NCBI GenBank assembly: GCA_014905635.1
Contig: JABVCE010000012.1
Location: 310,001-374,000 of the forward strand
Source of the DNA: Scenedesmus sp. PABB004
Lineage: Eukaryota
Length of the DNA: 64,000 nucleotides
Direction: 5' to 3'
Of this stretch, positions 12,367 through 23,300 are shown piece after piece; within the stretch, counting starts at the first letter, position 1; every line of letters begins with the position of its first letter. Under the pieces are notes generated by a model. The model worked only from the letters and a program-made list of their open reading frames with translations. It was not told where the DNA came from and made no database searches. The translations under genes and the position numbers were made by a program.

Positions 12367-13305
12367 ATGTCTGCTGCGCTGTCAGGTGTCTCGCTCAGCG
12401 ACCTGGCGCTGGCGGTGGACGCGGCATCGAGGTGCGGGCGTGCTGCTGCCGCTGCCGCCCCGGGCCGGCACCCCTGGCCTTTCTATGCCTGGCGCGGCAC
12501 GCGCTGCCCACAAGCGACTGCTCCGGAAGCAGGCGGCGCCTCACCAGTCGCCCAACCGCCGCGCCCCACCCGCGCCGCCAGCAGCACCTGGCGGAACCTG
12601 CCGGAGCCGCTCGTGCTCCACGTCCTGAGCTTCCTCCCGCCGGCCCTGCAGCCGTGGGCCGCCAAGCTCGTCTGCAAGGCGGCGCGCGAGCGCTTCCGCG
12701 GCGCGACGGTCGTCGCGCTGCGCTGCCCCGAGCTGCCGCTGGCGGCAGTGCAGGAGGCGTGGCGGGATTTGCACGGTGGCTGGGTGCAGGAGAGCGTGCT
12801 GGCCGAGGCGCGCGCTGCGTGCGGCGACGTCGCGGGGCTGGCCTGGCTGCGCGTCGCCGGCTGCGACATGGATGACTCTGTGTTCAAAGCAGCAGCGGAG
12901 CACGGCCAGGTCGCCGTGCTGGAGTGGGCGCGCGGCAAGGGGCTGCGCATTCGGCGCTTGTGCGAGTTCGCAGCCGAGGGCGGGCAGCTTGCGGTGCTGC
13001 GCTGGGCGCGCGTGCAGACGCCACCGCTGCGCTGGGGCAACCATGTGTGCTCTGAAGCTGCGCTGCGCGGCGACCTGGAGATGCTGCGCTGGGCGCGCGC
13101 CCAGGCGAAGCCCGCGCCGTGGGACAAGGAGGTGTGCCGGATCACCGCTGTGCACGGGCACCTGGAGGCGCTGCGCTGGCTGCGCGCCAACGGCTGCCCG
13201 TGGCTGCGCGCCGAGTGCGAGAGCGACGCAGCGCGCGGCGGCCACGAAGCCGTGGTTGCGTGGATCCGGGCGCAGCCCGCGGCGGCGGACGATGGCTCTG
13301 ATTGA
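12367..13305 (+). CDS. F-box-like + ankyrin-like repeat protein (U3), apparently intact
   Basis: MSAALSGVSLSDLALAVDAA, intron (AG|GTGCGG), WRNLPEPLVLHVLSFLPP...LVCK, four core repeats, LRWLRANGCPW. Confidence 0.85.
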   Translation: MSAALSGVSLSDLALAVDAASRCGRAAAAAAPGRHPWPFYAWRGTRCPQATAPEAGGASPVAQPPRPTRAASSTWRNLPEPLVLHVLSFLPPALQPWAAKLVCKAARERFRGATVVALRCPELPLAAVQEAWRDLHGGWVQESVLAEARAACGDVAGLAWLRVAGCDMDDSVFKAAAEHGQVAVLEWARGKGLRIRRLCEFAAEGGQLAVLRWARVQTPPLRWGNHVCSEAALRGDLEMLRWARAQAKPAPWDKEVCRITAVHGHLEALRWLRANGCPWLRAECESDAARGGHEAVVAWIRAQPAAADDGSD

Positions 13306-14147
13306 CGTCGATCATCTACTTGGACGGGGACTAGGATTGGGGCGAGGCAGGCTCGAGGCTTGGTGCGTGCGCGGGGCGCTGCCTACAGCGTGTGGTGCGC
13401 GCGTGCGTGGCGAGGGAGAGGGAAAAGGGAAGCTGGCGGCGGCGAGGCGGCGCGTGCTGGCAACCGGCCGACCGCGCACGCAGCGCGCCTGGGCGGGTTG
13501 CCCTCTTGCGCGACCACCCGGCGCTGGCAGCGGTGGCACGTCGCCGCGCCGTGCCCCGCAGCGGCCGCACGCGGGCGGCGGTGCAGGCCCAGGGCGCAGG
13601 CGCCGCCCGGCCGGCTGCCCGCGCCGCCGCCGAGGAGGCCTCCCGCGCGCGCCGCCCCGCCGCCCACAGCCGCCGCCCTCTCAGCGCCCCTGCCGCACAC
13701 ACGCACACACGAGCGCCGGCCGCGGCCCTCACAGCTCCCGCACGCGCCGCGCCGCCGCTGCGCAGCGCCCGCCCCCGCCCGCGGCGCGCCCCTGGCCCGG
13801 CGGGGCGCGGCCGTGCGGGCGCCTGGTGACTGGATCGTGCCGCCCAGCGCAGCGCCAGGCGAGCCGGGCGCGCGGGCGGGGAGGGCGGCAGGCGGGCCGC
13901 GCTGCGCGGCGCCTGCTGCGGGCGGCGGGGGCACCGGCGGTGCGCGGCAGGCGGGCGTGTCGCGTGGACCGGCGGGTCTGCGCGCCTGGAGCGCCGCTTG
14001 CAGGCCTGCCGCCGCGCCGCCGCGCCGGGGCGGGGGCCGGGCGCCGCGCGCTGCTGCTGCTGCGCTCACGCCGCCCGCGCGCTCGCCCGCTGCTGCCGGT
14101 GCCCCGCCTGCTGCTCTCTGGTGACCCGCAGGCTGTCAGGTGGTACT

Positions 14148-15245
14148 ATGTCTGCTGCGCCGGCGGGCAAGCGGCACGCCGGGCCGACCACGCACGCGGG
14201 GGTGGGCGAGGCAGCGGCAGCAGGCGAGACACCGGCTGGGGCAGAGGCGGCGCCGTGGTGGGTCCGCTGGCTGCTGCTATTAGTGCACCCTGGCTGGTGC
14301 TGCCTGGCACGGCACGCGCTGCCCACAAGCCACCACCGCCGGCAGCGCGCGCCGCCTGACAGCTTGCCGCCTGCCCTGCGCGCCCCGCCCCGCGCCGCCA
14401 GCAGTCCGCTGCCAGAGCTGCCGCAGCCCCTCGTGCTCCACGTCCTGAGCCTCCGGCTGCCGGCCCTGCAGGCGTGGGCCGCCAGGCTGGTCTGCAAGGC
14501 GGCGCGCGAGCGCTTCCGCGGCGCCACGGACATCTCGGTGCGCTGCCCCGAGCTGCCGCTGGCGGCGGTGCGGGAGGCCTGGCGGGCGGCGCAGGGTGAA
14601 GGGTGGGAGCAGCAGCGGCGGCTGGCCAACGCGCGCGCGGCGAGCGGCGACGTGGCGGGGCTGGCCTGGCTACACAGCGCCGGCTGCGACATGGGCAGCG
14701 ATGTGGGTTACACAGCCGCATTACACGGCCAGCTCGCCGTGCTGAAGTGGGCGCGCGACGAGGAGCTCAACCTGCGGGGCGTGGGCCGGGCAGCGGCGGA
14801 GCACGGCCAGCTCGCTGTGCTGGAGTGGGCGCGCGGCGAGGGGCTGGACCTGGGGGGCGTGTGCCACGCAGCAGCCGCGAGCGGGCAGCTGGGCGTGCTG
14901 CGCTGGGCGCGCGCGCACACGCCGCCGCTGCCCTGGGGCGACCGGGTGTGCTTCTGCGCTGCGGCGCGCGGCGACCTGGAGGTGCTGCGCTGGGCGCGTG
15001 CCCAGGAGGAGCCCGCGCCGTGGGGCGAGCTCACGTGCGAGGCGGCGGCTCGCTCCGGGCAGCTGGAGGTGCTGCGCTGGCTGCGCGCCAACGGCTGCCC
15101 GTGGTGGCGCCGTGTGTGCGAGCGCGTGGCGGTATGCAATTGCCACGAGGCCGTGGTCGCGTGGATCCGGGCGCAGCCTGACTCGCCGGACGAGGGCGGC
15201 GGGGCGAATCGGCTGTGGTGGGTGGCGGCCTCTGTAGGCTGTTGA
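14148..15245 (+). CDS. F-box-like + ankyrin-like repeat protein (U4), five core repeats
   Basis: ATG 14148, conserved intron, LPELPQPLVLHVLS, extra HGQLAVL repeat. Confidence 0.85.
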   Translation: MSAAPAGKRHAGPTTHAGVGEAAAAGETPAGAEAAPWWVRWLLLLVHPGWCCLARHALPTSHHRRQRAPPDSLPPALRAPPRAASSPLPELPQPLVLHVLSLRLPALQAWAARLVCKAARERFRGATDISVRCPELPLAAVREAWRAAQGEGWEQQRRLANARAASGDVAGLAWLHSAGCDMGSDVGYTAALHGQLAVLKWARDEELNLRGVGRAAAEHGQLAVLEWARGEGLDLGGVCHAAAASGQLGVLRWARAHTPPLPWGDRVCFCAAARGDLEVLRWARAQEEPAPWGELTCEAAARSGQLEVLRWLRANGCPWWRRVCERVAVCNCHEAVVAWIRAQPDSPDEGGGANRLWWVAASVGC

Positions 15246-15559
15246 GTGCGCGCGGTGCGCGCAGAGTTGGCGGGGCGGGCGGCCAGGGAGCGCGCTGGCA
15301 ATCGGCTGACCGCGCGGGCCTCGAGGAGCTCCTCGCGGGGCACGGCCCTTACGCGGGGGGGGGGGGGGGGGCAGCGCAGCGCGCCTGGCAAGTTGCCGTC
15401 GCGCCACGCGCACGTGCCGCGGGCCGCCGCGCGCCGCGCGCCGCTAGCGCCCCACCGCGCCCGCCGCGCCCGCTGCGGCGCGCGCGGGCGCGCCGCCGCC
15501 GCGGCGCGGGCCCGCGCCGCCGGCGACCTGGCCCGGGCCCGGCCCGCGGCGCCGCCGCG

Positions 15560-17148
15560 CGGCGGCGGGGCGCGGTGGTAGGAGCTGCTCCACGCGCCGC
15601 CGTCGCGGGCGTAATAGTCCATTGGATAGTCAGTCGGGTGCTGGGGGCCAGCAGCAGCCGCGCCGGGATTGAGGCCGCCGCCGTCGCCGCGCCCGCCGCC
15701 GGCGTCGCCGGCTGCATCGCCGCCGCCGCCGCCAGCCCCGGGCGCGTCGCCGCTGCCGCCGCCGGCGGGCGCCGCCTCCCACCAGCCCGGCACGCGGCGC
15801 AGCGCGACAAGGGCCTCGTACGGCGTGAGCACGGGCGCGGCAAAGCCCTCGCCCCAGTCGATGGAGAGGCGCGGGCACGCGACCTGCACCCACGCCTCCA
15901 CGCTCGGCATGGCGCCGAGCTTGGCCTGCGTGACCTCACTCAGCAGCACCACCGTCACGCGCCCGCCGCCGCCGCCGCGCCGCTCGGCCAGCGCGGTGCG
16001 CAGCAGCTCAAGCGTGCGCGGGTTACCCTGCCGCCCGAGCGTGCCGAGCACGAGGCCCCAGCGCGACGCGCCCGCCGCGGCGGCGATCGCGGCGCGGCGC
16101 GCCGCGCGCATGCCGGCCTGGTCGTACGTCTCGCGCGTGAGGCGCCGCCCGTAGGGATCATACCTGCGCGCCGCACGACCCGCGGGCGGCGGCGGTGGTA
16201 TGTGTGTGTGCGTGGTGGGGCGGGGCGAGGGAGGGGCAAGGGAGCGCGGCGCGGGCGCTGCAGCCGCGGGGCGCGCGTGCGCGGGCACGCGGGGCCCCGT
16301 GAGTGCGCGCCGTGAGTGCGGGGGCGCGCCTGAAGGCGGGCAGGCGGGGGTTGGCAATCATCATCGCCTCCAGGTGGAACCGCCCGTCGGCGACAAACAC
16401 CAGCGCGTCGGCCGGCTGCGCGCGGCGCGTGCAGCGTCGGAGGTGCGCGCGGGGCGGTGAGGGCGGGGAGGGAGGGCGGGAGGAGGCACGCGGGCCGCGA
16501 GGCGGGCGCGCCGGGGACGCAGCGCGCGGCGCGCGCTGCGCGCCTGCGTGACGACCGGCGCAGTGCAGCCGAGCACCTCGCCCGGCGAGAGCGGGCGGCA
16601 CTTGGGCACGGACAGGCTGGGGTAGTCTGGCGCCAGCCGCGCCCGCGCGAGCTGCACGGCGCTCGAAAACTGGATCGTGCCCGCCAGCACCAGCGCCGGC
16701 GGCTGCTCCTGCGGCTGCTGCTCCTGCTGCTGCAGGTCCGCCGTCAGCAGCTGCTGCTGCTGGTCCGCACACTGCCCCTGTCCCTGCCCCTGCTGCTCCT
16801 GCTGCGCCTGCTGCTGCTCCTGCGCCTCCCCGCCGCCGCCGAGCGCGCCGCCGCCGGCGGCGCCGCCCGCGCGCGGCGGGAACGCGGCGCGCACGCTGTC
16901 CACGAGGTGGTCCACGTCGATCGCGATGTCAACGAAGACGTAGAGGCAGGGAATGACAGTCACGTCGAGCGGGACGAGGCAGGAGTGGCCGTAGTGGACC
17001 AGCAGGTCGGCGCCGAGCGCGGCCGCGGAGAGGTCGTCGACGCAGCACGCGCCAAACGTGACGTCGCCGAGGATGAGCGCGTGCGCCACACCTGGGGGTT
17101 GGTTCGGACACACGGGCATGGGGGAGGGGGGGGGGGCGCGGGTGAGTG

Positions 17149-17187
<39 letters not shown>

Positions 17188-17243
17188 GGGGGGGGGCATC
17201 AGCGCGCGGCGCCGTGCGCGCTGGTGCCGCGCTGGCGACCCCA

Positions 17244-17275
<32 letters not shown>

Positions 17276-17819
17276 GCCCCCGGCGCACCCGCGAAGCGCG
17301 TGAGTATGTCTGCGATGACGCACGCATACATGAGCAGGCCCTCGGGGAACTGCAGCGCGACGACGCGCGCGCCCGCGGAGCGCACGCGCCACACGGTCTT
17401 CGGGACCTCAAAGTTGTAGTTCCCTGGCAGCGCCGCCGCCGCGGCCGCGAGGCCGGGGTCTTGCAGGATGGAGTCGGGGACCTGCTGCTGCCGCACGACG
17501 CGGTGCGGCGGCGCCGGCGCCGGCGCCGCGGGCGCCGCGTGCGGCACGAGCGCGCCGCCGCCGCCTGCGCGCCGCAGGGGGTGGAAGGCGGGCGGGGCAC
17601 GGGCGGGCGGGCGCCGGTGGGCGGCGGCGGCCGGCGCGGGCCGTGCGCTCGCCGGGCGCGCAGCGGCTGCGCCGCGCCGCGCCGCGCCCGCCGGCCGCTG
17701 GCGGGGCGCCGCGGCGCGTCGTGTGCGGAGCCCGGGCGCCCGGCAGCCGGCCGCGCCGCACCAGCGGCCCTGGCGGAGCCCGAGAAGCGCTGCGGCGGCG
17801 CGTCGCCGTCGTCGGCCAT
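15560..17819 (-). CDS. DPH1: Diphthamide biosynthesis protein 1
   Basis: [92 protein letters not shown]. 3' end not resolved. Confidence 0.93.
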
Positions 17820-18525
17820 CTGCGCCTGCCCGCCGCCAGCGGCGGCGCGCACGGCGGGCTGCGCGCAGCAGGCACGGCTTGCAGCTCACTCTGGCGCTCG
17901 CGCGTGGGAGTGCGGCGGCGGTCGAGGAGCGAGCGGCTGGCAGCGGCGGCGGCAGCAGCAGACGCTGCGGCGGCTGCGGCGGCTGTGTGCAGTGTTGTGG
18001 CGCAGTGCGGTGGCGGCTACTGGCGGTCTGGGGAGGTGGACGCGCGGGCAGCGAGCAGCCGACACGCCGCGCGCGGCGCAAACCGCCCGCGGCGGCCGCC
18101 GCTGCTCTCGGCAGCGCACGTCGCGCGGCGGCGCCGCACGCTGCTGCTGCTGTTGCGCGGCGGCGCGCGCTGCCTGGAGCCGCGGCAGGCCGTCGTCGGC
18201 GGCGTCGTCGGCGAGCTCCGCGGGCGTGTCGGTGACCCGCGTCGTCGGCAGGCGCGGCCTCAGCGAGCCTGGTGCCGCCCCCGCCGCCAGGCGCCCGGCG
18301 CTCTCGGGTGACGGCTTGCGTCAGTGCGAGCTCGACTCACGCGACCAGAGCGGGCGTCGCGCAGGCGCAGCCAAAGCCCCACCTGACAGCGCCTGCTCAG
18401 TTGGCGCCGCCCCGGGCCCCGGGCGCCCGCCCCCGTGGTCCCGACGGAACACCCTCCCCGTACGACGCGGAGCAGCAGCAGCGCGGGGCCGCGCGAGAGA
18501 GAGGGTTGTTGCACGCCGCAGCAGC

Positions 18526-20292
18526 ATGGCGCACAGCAGCCTCGCCGGCCCGCTGGGCGGGCGGCTCGCCCCCGCGGCGCCGCGCCCGGGGCGCGCCCGG
18601 GTCGCCGCGCCCGGCGCCGCGCCGCCGCGGCGGCTGCTGTGGGCGGGGCGCCTGCCGGGGGCGCCGGGCCATCGATCCCGGCTCTCGGTGGCCGCCAGCG
18701 CCTCCGGCAACGGCAGCGTGCTGCCCTGGCAGGCGGCCATGGACGAGGTGAAGAAGCGGAAGGACCTCAAGTCCATCATGATCATCGGCGCGGGGCCCAT
18801 CGTCATCGGCCAGGCGCGCGCTGCTGAAGCGGCGCCGCCGCCGCGCGGCCCCCGCAGCAGCAGGCGGCGGGCCCCTGACGGCCGGCCGGGCCGCCCCGCC
18901 GCCGCGCTCGCAGGCGTGCGAGTTTGACTACTCCGGGACGCAGGCGTGCAAGTCGCTGAGGTGCGGCGGCGCGGCGGGCGCGGCGGCAGTCGTGCGGCGC
19001 GGCGGCTGCACGCCCGCCCTGCACCCCGCGCTCCTCTGCCCCTCCCGCGCACCCCGCGGCACGCCCACGCCCCTGCCTCTGCCCCCGCCCGCGCCCGCAC
19101 CTCCCCCCCTCCGCCCCCCAGGCAGGAGGGCTACCGCGTGATCCTGCTCAACTCCAACCCGGTGAGCGCGGGGGTTAGAGGGATGTGTGTGTGGGTGTGT
19201 GTGTGGGTGTGGGTGTGGGTGTGGGTATTGGGGGGGGGGCCCTTTGGGAGGGCAGCGGCGGCGGCGGCGGCGGCGGCGCGCGCGTCTGTGCATCTCGGCC
19301 GACTTCGCTGCCGGCGCGAGTGTGCACAGACGCGCGCGCCGCCGCTGCGTGCGGCGGGGGTGACCACAGGCGCGCGCCGCCGCCGCGGCGCTGCCCGCCG
19401 CTTGGGCGCACGCGCGCCGCTGCGGTTGCTGGCGTGCGTTTCCGACGCGCGCCACTCCTGCAGCGGCGCGCGCGCGTGCCTGCGCCGTCTCTGCACTCCA
19501 GCGGCCGCCGCCGCGCAGCGCAGCTCCACCCCCAACCTCGCTGGTGCACACAGACGCGCGCGCGCCGCCGCCGCCGCGGCGCTGCCAGCTTGAACGCGCG
19601 CACGCGCGCACGCGCGCCGCTGCAGTGAAGAAGGGGTCTTTGTCCTGTCGACGCGCACCGCTCCACTGCAGCGGCGCGCGCGCGTGCCTGCGCACTCTGT
19701 GCACTCACGCGGCCGCCGCCGCGCAGCGCAACCCGTAAACCTCCGCCCCCTCCCTAAACCTCCGCCCCCCTCTTCCTCCCCTAAACCCCGCCCCCACCCA
19801 GGCGACGATCATGACCGACCCGGGCATGGCGGACGCGACGTACGTGGGGCCGATGACGCCCGAGCTGGTGGAGCAGATCCTGGACAAGGTGCGGCACAGG
19901 GCTGCGCGCGGCGGGCGGGGCGCTGTGTGGGGCTGGGGCCTGTGGGCGGGCGGGGGCTGTGTGGGTGGGCCCAGCCCAGCCCCGTGGGACTGAGGGTGTG
20001 GGTGCGGGGTCGGGGGGGGGGGGGGCAGCGAGCGAGGGGGCAGTGAGCGAGTGCCGGCGCCCACGCCGCCGCGCCGCGGCCGCCGCCGCGTGTTCCCCCG
20101 CGTCGCCGCCCGCGCAGGAGCGCCCGGACGCCATCCTGCCGACCATGGGCGGCCAGACGGGGCTCAACCTCGCCAAGAACATGGTGCGCCTGGCGGTGCA
20201 GCAGCAGCAGCGCGCGGCGCCGCCCAGGCGCGGCGCCGCGCCTGCGCGGGGCCGCCAGGGCGCGGCGCGCGCCACAGCTGCCTGCGCGCGCT

Positions 20293-20342
<50 letters not shown>

Positions 20343-23300
20343 TCTCCCTCTCTCTCCTGCCGCGCCCCCCTGCCCTAAACCCCGCGCCCGCCCTCAACCC
20401 TGCACCCCAAACCCTGCCAGGCCGAGAGCGGCATGCTGGCCAAGTACGGCGTTGAGCTCATCGGCGCCAAGCTGCCCTCCATCGACCGCGCGGAGGACCG
20501 GGAGCTCTTCAAGCAGGCGATGACGCGCATCGGCCTCAAGACGCCGCCCAGGTGGGGCCGCGCGGGGGGGGGGGGGGTGTGGCAGGGGTTTAGCAGGGGT
20601 TCAGGGGGCGCGCGGGGGGCTAGGCAGGGGCTGAGGGCGCAGGGCCGCGCGCCGTGCAGACGGGGCGCGCGCCGCCGCGCCGGCCGGTCACCGGGAGCGC
20701 GCGTGACCGGCCCGGCTCCTCGTGACCGGCCGGCGCGGCGGCGCGCCCCGCCGCGCGCGCCGCCGCCCTGCGCCTCGCCTTCCCCTCCCGCGCGCCTCCA
20801 CCCACCCACCCACCCGCCCACTCACCCACGCCCCCCGCAACCCTCGCTGCACCCGCCCCCGCGACAGCGGCACCGCGGCGACGATCGAGGAGGCGCTGGC
20901 CATCGCGGCGGAGATCGGGACGTTCCCCCTCATCATCAGGCCCGCCTTCACGGTGAGCGCCGGGGCGGGGGCTGTTAGTCTGTTATTTTGTTAGTTTGGT
21001 AACGCCTGCGGAAGGGAGGGCGGGAGGGCGCGGGGGCACGGCCGCGCGCAGCAGGCGGGGAGAGGGCGCCCTGCGCTCACACCCACCTACCCGCCCACCC
21101 ACCCACGCACCCACCCACCCACCCACACACCCACGCACACTCACACACGCGCACACTCACACACACGCGCAGCTCGGCGGCACGGGCGGCGGCATCAGCT
21201 ACAACATGGAGGAGTTCAAGGAGCAGGTCAAGGCCGGCATCGACGCCTCCATGACCGACCAGGCGCGCGCGCAGAGCGGCGGCGGGCGTTGCGTTGTGCG
21301 TGGTGTTTGTCTCTTTTGACGAGCGAGCGCGCTGCGCACTGCCGCGCGCCGCGCGGCGGCTGCAGCCCTCCCTTCCAACTCCTCCCCTGCTCCCCCAAAC
21401 CTTCCCGCGCGCCCCCCGCTACACCCCCCCCCCCCCCCACACACACACACACACGCACACACACGCACGCGCGCAGGTGCTGGTGGAGCAGTCGCTGATC
21501 GGGTGGAAGGAGTTTGAGCTGGAGGTGATGCGTGACCTCAAGGACAACGTCATGATCGTGTGCTCCATAGAAAACGTGGACCCCATGGGCGTGCACACCG
21601 GTGCGCCGTGTGGCGCGGCGCAGCGGCGGCGGCGCGGCGGGGCTGAGGGTTCAGGGTTGAGGGGGCGCGGGGTCGGACAGGGCTGAGGGGGGCTCGGGGG
21701 CGCCGCGCTGCGGCCTGCGGTGGTGCTGCTCGCGCTCAGCTGTCCCCCCCCCCCCACACACACACCCTCCTCACGCACCGCCACCCACACACCGACCCAC
21801 CCACGGCGGGGCCCTGCAGGCGACTCCATCACCGTCGCGCCCGCCCAGGTGCGCCGCGCCCGCCTCCCTCCCGCCGCCTCCACTCTACCCCGCGGGCGCG
21901 GCGCCGGCGCCCCCCCCGCGCTCCCGAGCCCGCCCCTGCTAAACCACTCCTAAACCCCTCCTAAACCCTCCCCGCCCAGACGCTGACAGACAAGGAGTAC
22001 CAGCGCCTGCGCGACGCCTCGCTCGCGATCATCCGCGAGATGGGCGTCGAGTGCGGCGGCAGCAACGTGCAGATGGCAATCAACCCCAAGGACGGTGCGC
22101 GGCACGCGGCCGCAGCCGCAGCCGCAGCTGCGTCGCCGCCGACGCGGCCGCGGCGGGCGGTCTGCGGCGCGCCGCCCTCCCCCGCGCGCGCTCCTCTTTC
22201 CCCCACGCGCGCCCGGACGCCCTGGACCCTGGCCCCCCGCCCGCCCCCTGCTTAACCCTGACACTCCCCTGTTAAACCCCTAAACCCTGCCGCCGCCGCC
22301 TGCCAGGCGAGGTGATGATCATCGAGATGAACCCCCGCGTGAGCCGGTCGTCTGCGCTCGCGTCCAAGGCGACAGGCTTCCCCATTGCCAAGATGGCCGC
22401 CAAGCTCGCGGTGGGCTACTCCCTCGACCAGGTGCGCCGCCGTGTGTGCGTGCGCGTATGTGCTGTGCCTCTCACCCCCGTGCGTGGGAGGGGTGACCCG
22501 TGCGTGGGTGTGTGGGCCACCCCTCCCTCCCTGAACCCCTGCATCCCTCACCCCTCCCGCCCTCCACCCCTCCCCCTCCCTCCCTACACCCCTGCACCTC
22601 CCTAAACCCCGCACCCCTGCACCTCCCTAAACCCCGCACCCCCAAACCCTGGCGCCGCCGCCGCGTCCGCCCGCCCGCGCGCCGCGCCAGATCGCCAACG
22701 ACATCACGCGCGCCACGCCCGCGTCGTTTGAGCCGAGCATCGACTACATCGTGACCAAGATCCCCAAGTTTGCGTTTGAAAAGTTCAAGGGCACCAAGGC
22801 AGAGCTCACCACGCAGGCGCGCTGTGTGTGTGCGTGTGTGCGTGTGTGTGTGTGTGGGGGGGGGGGGGTGGTGCTGGCGCGGGGCACGGGGCGGGCGCGG
22901 CGAGGGGTCGGCGAGGCGCCGACCGCCGCGGCCGCCGCGCGCGCCTCTCTCTCTCTCCCTCGCGCCGCCGACTGCCTGCCTCGCTCTGAACCCTGACCCC
23001 CCCCCCCCCCCCAAACCGCGCAGATGAAGAGCGTGGGCGAGGTCATGGCGATCGGGCGGACGTGGCAGGAGTCGCTGCAGAAGGCGCTGCGCGGCATGGA
23101 GTCGGGGCTCGACGGCTGGTCGCTGCCGCCGGGGTGGAAGCACCTGCCGGCCGACCAGCTCGCATACAAGCTGCGCGTGCCAAACCCCGACCGCATGATC
23201 ATCATGAAGCAGGCGCGCGGCCCGCGCGGGGTTCAGGGGTTTAGGGGGGTTGAGGGGCACAGGGCTTAAGGGTTTTGCGGCGGGCGCTCGTGGCGGTTTC

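Larger units (their letters stand above)
11784..15320 (+). repeat. Head-to-tail pair of cassettes U3+U4 with conserved spacer (~13310-13572)
   Basis: Two leaders (~11784, ~13572). Spacer contains GCGAGGGAGAGGG...GCGGCGAGGCGGCGCGTGCTGGCAACCGGCCGACCGCGC. Confidence 0.9.
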
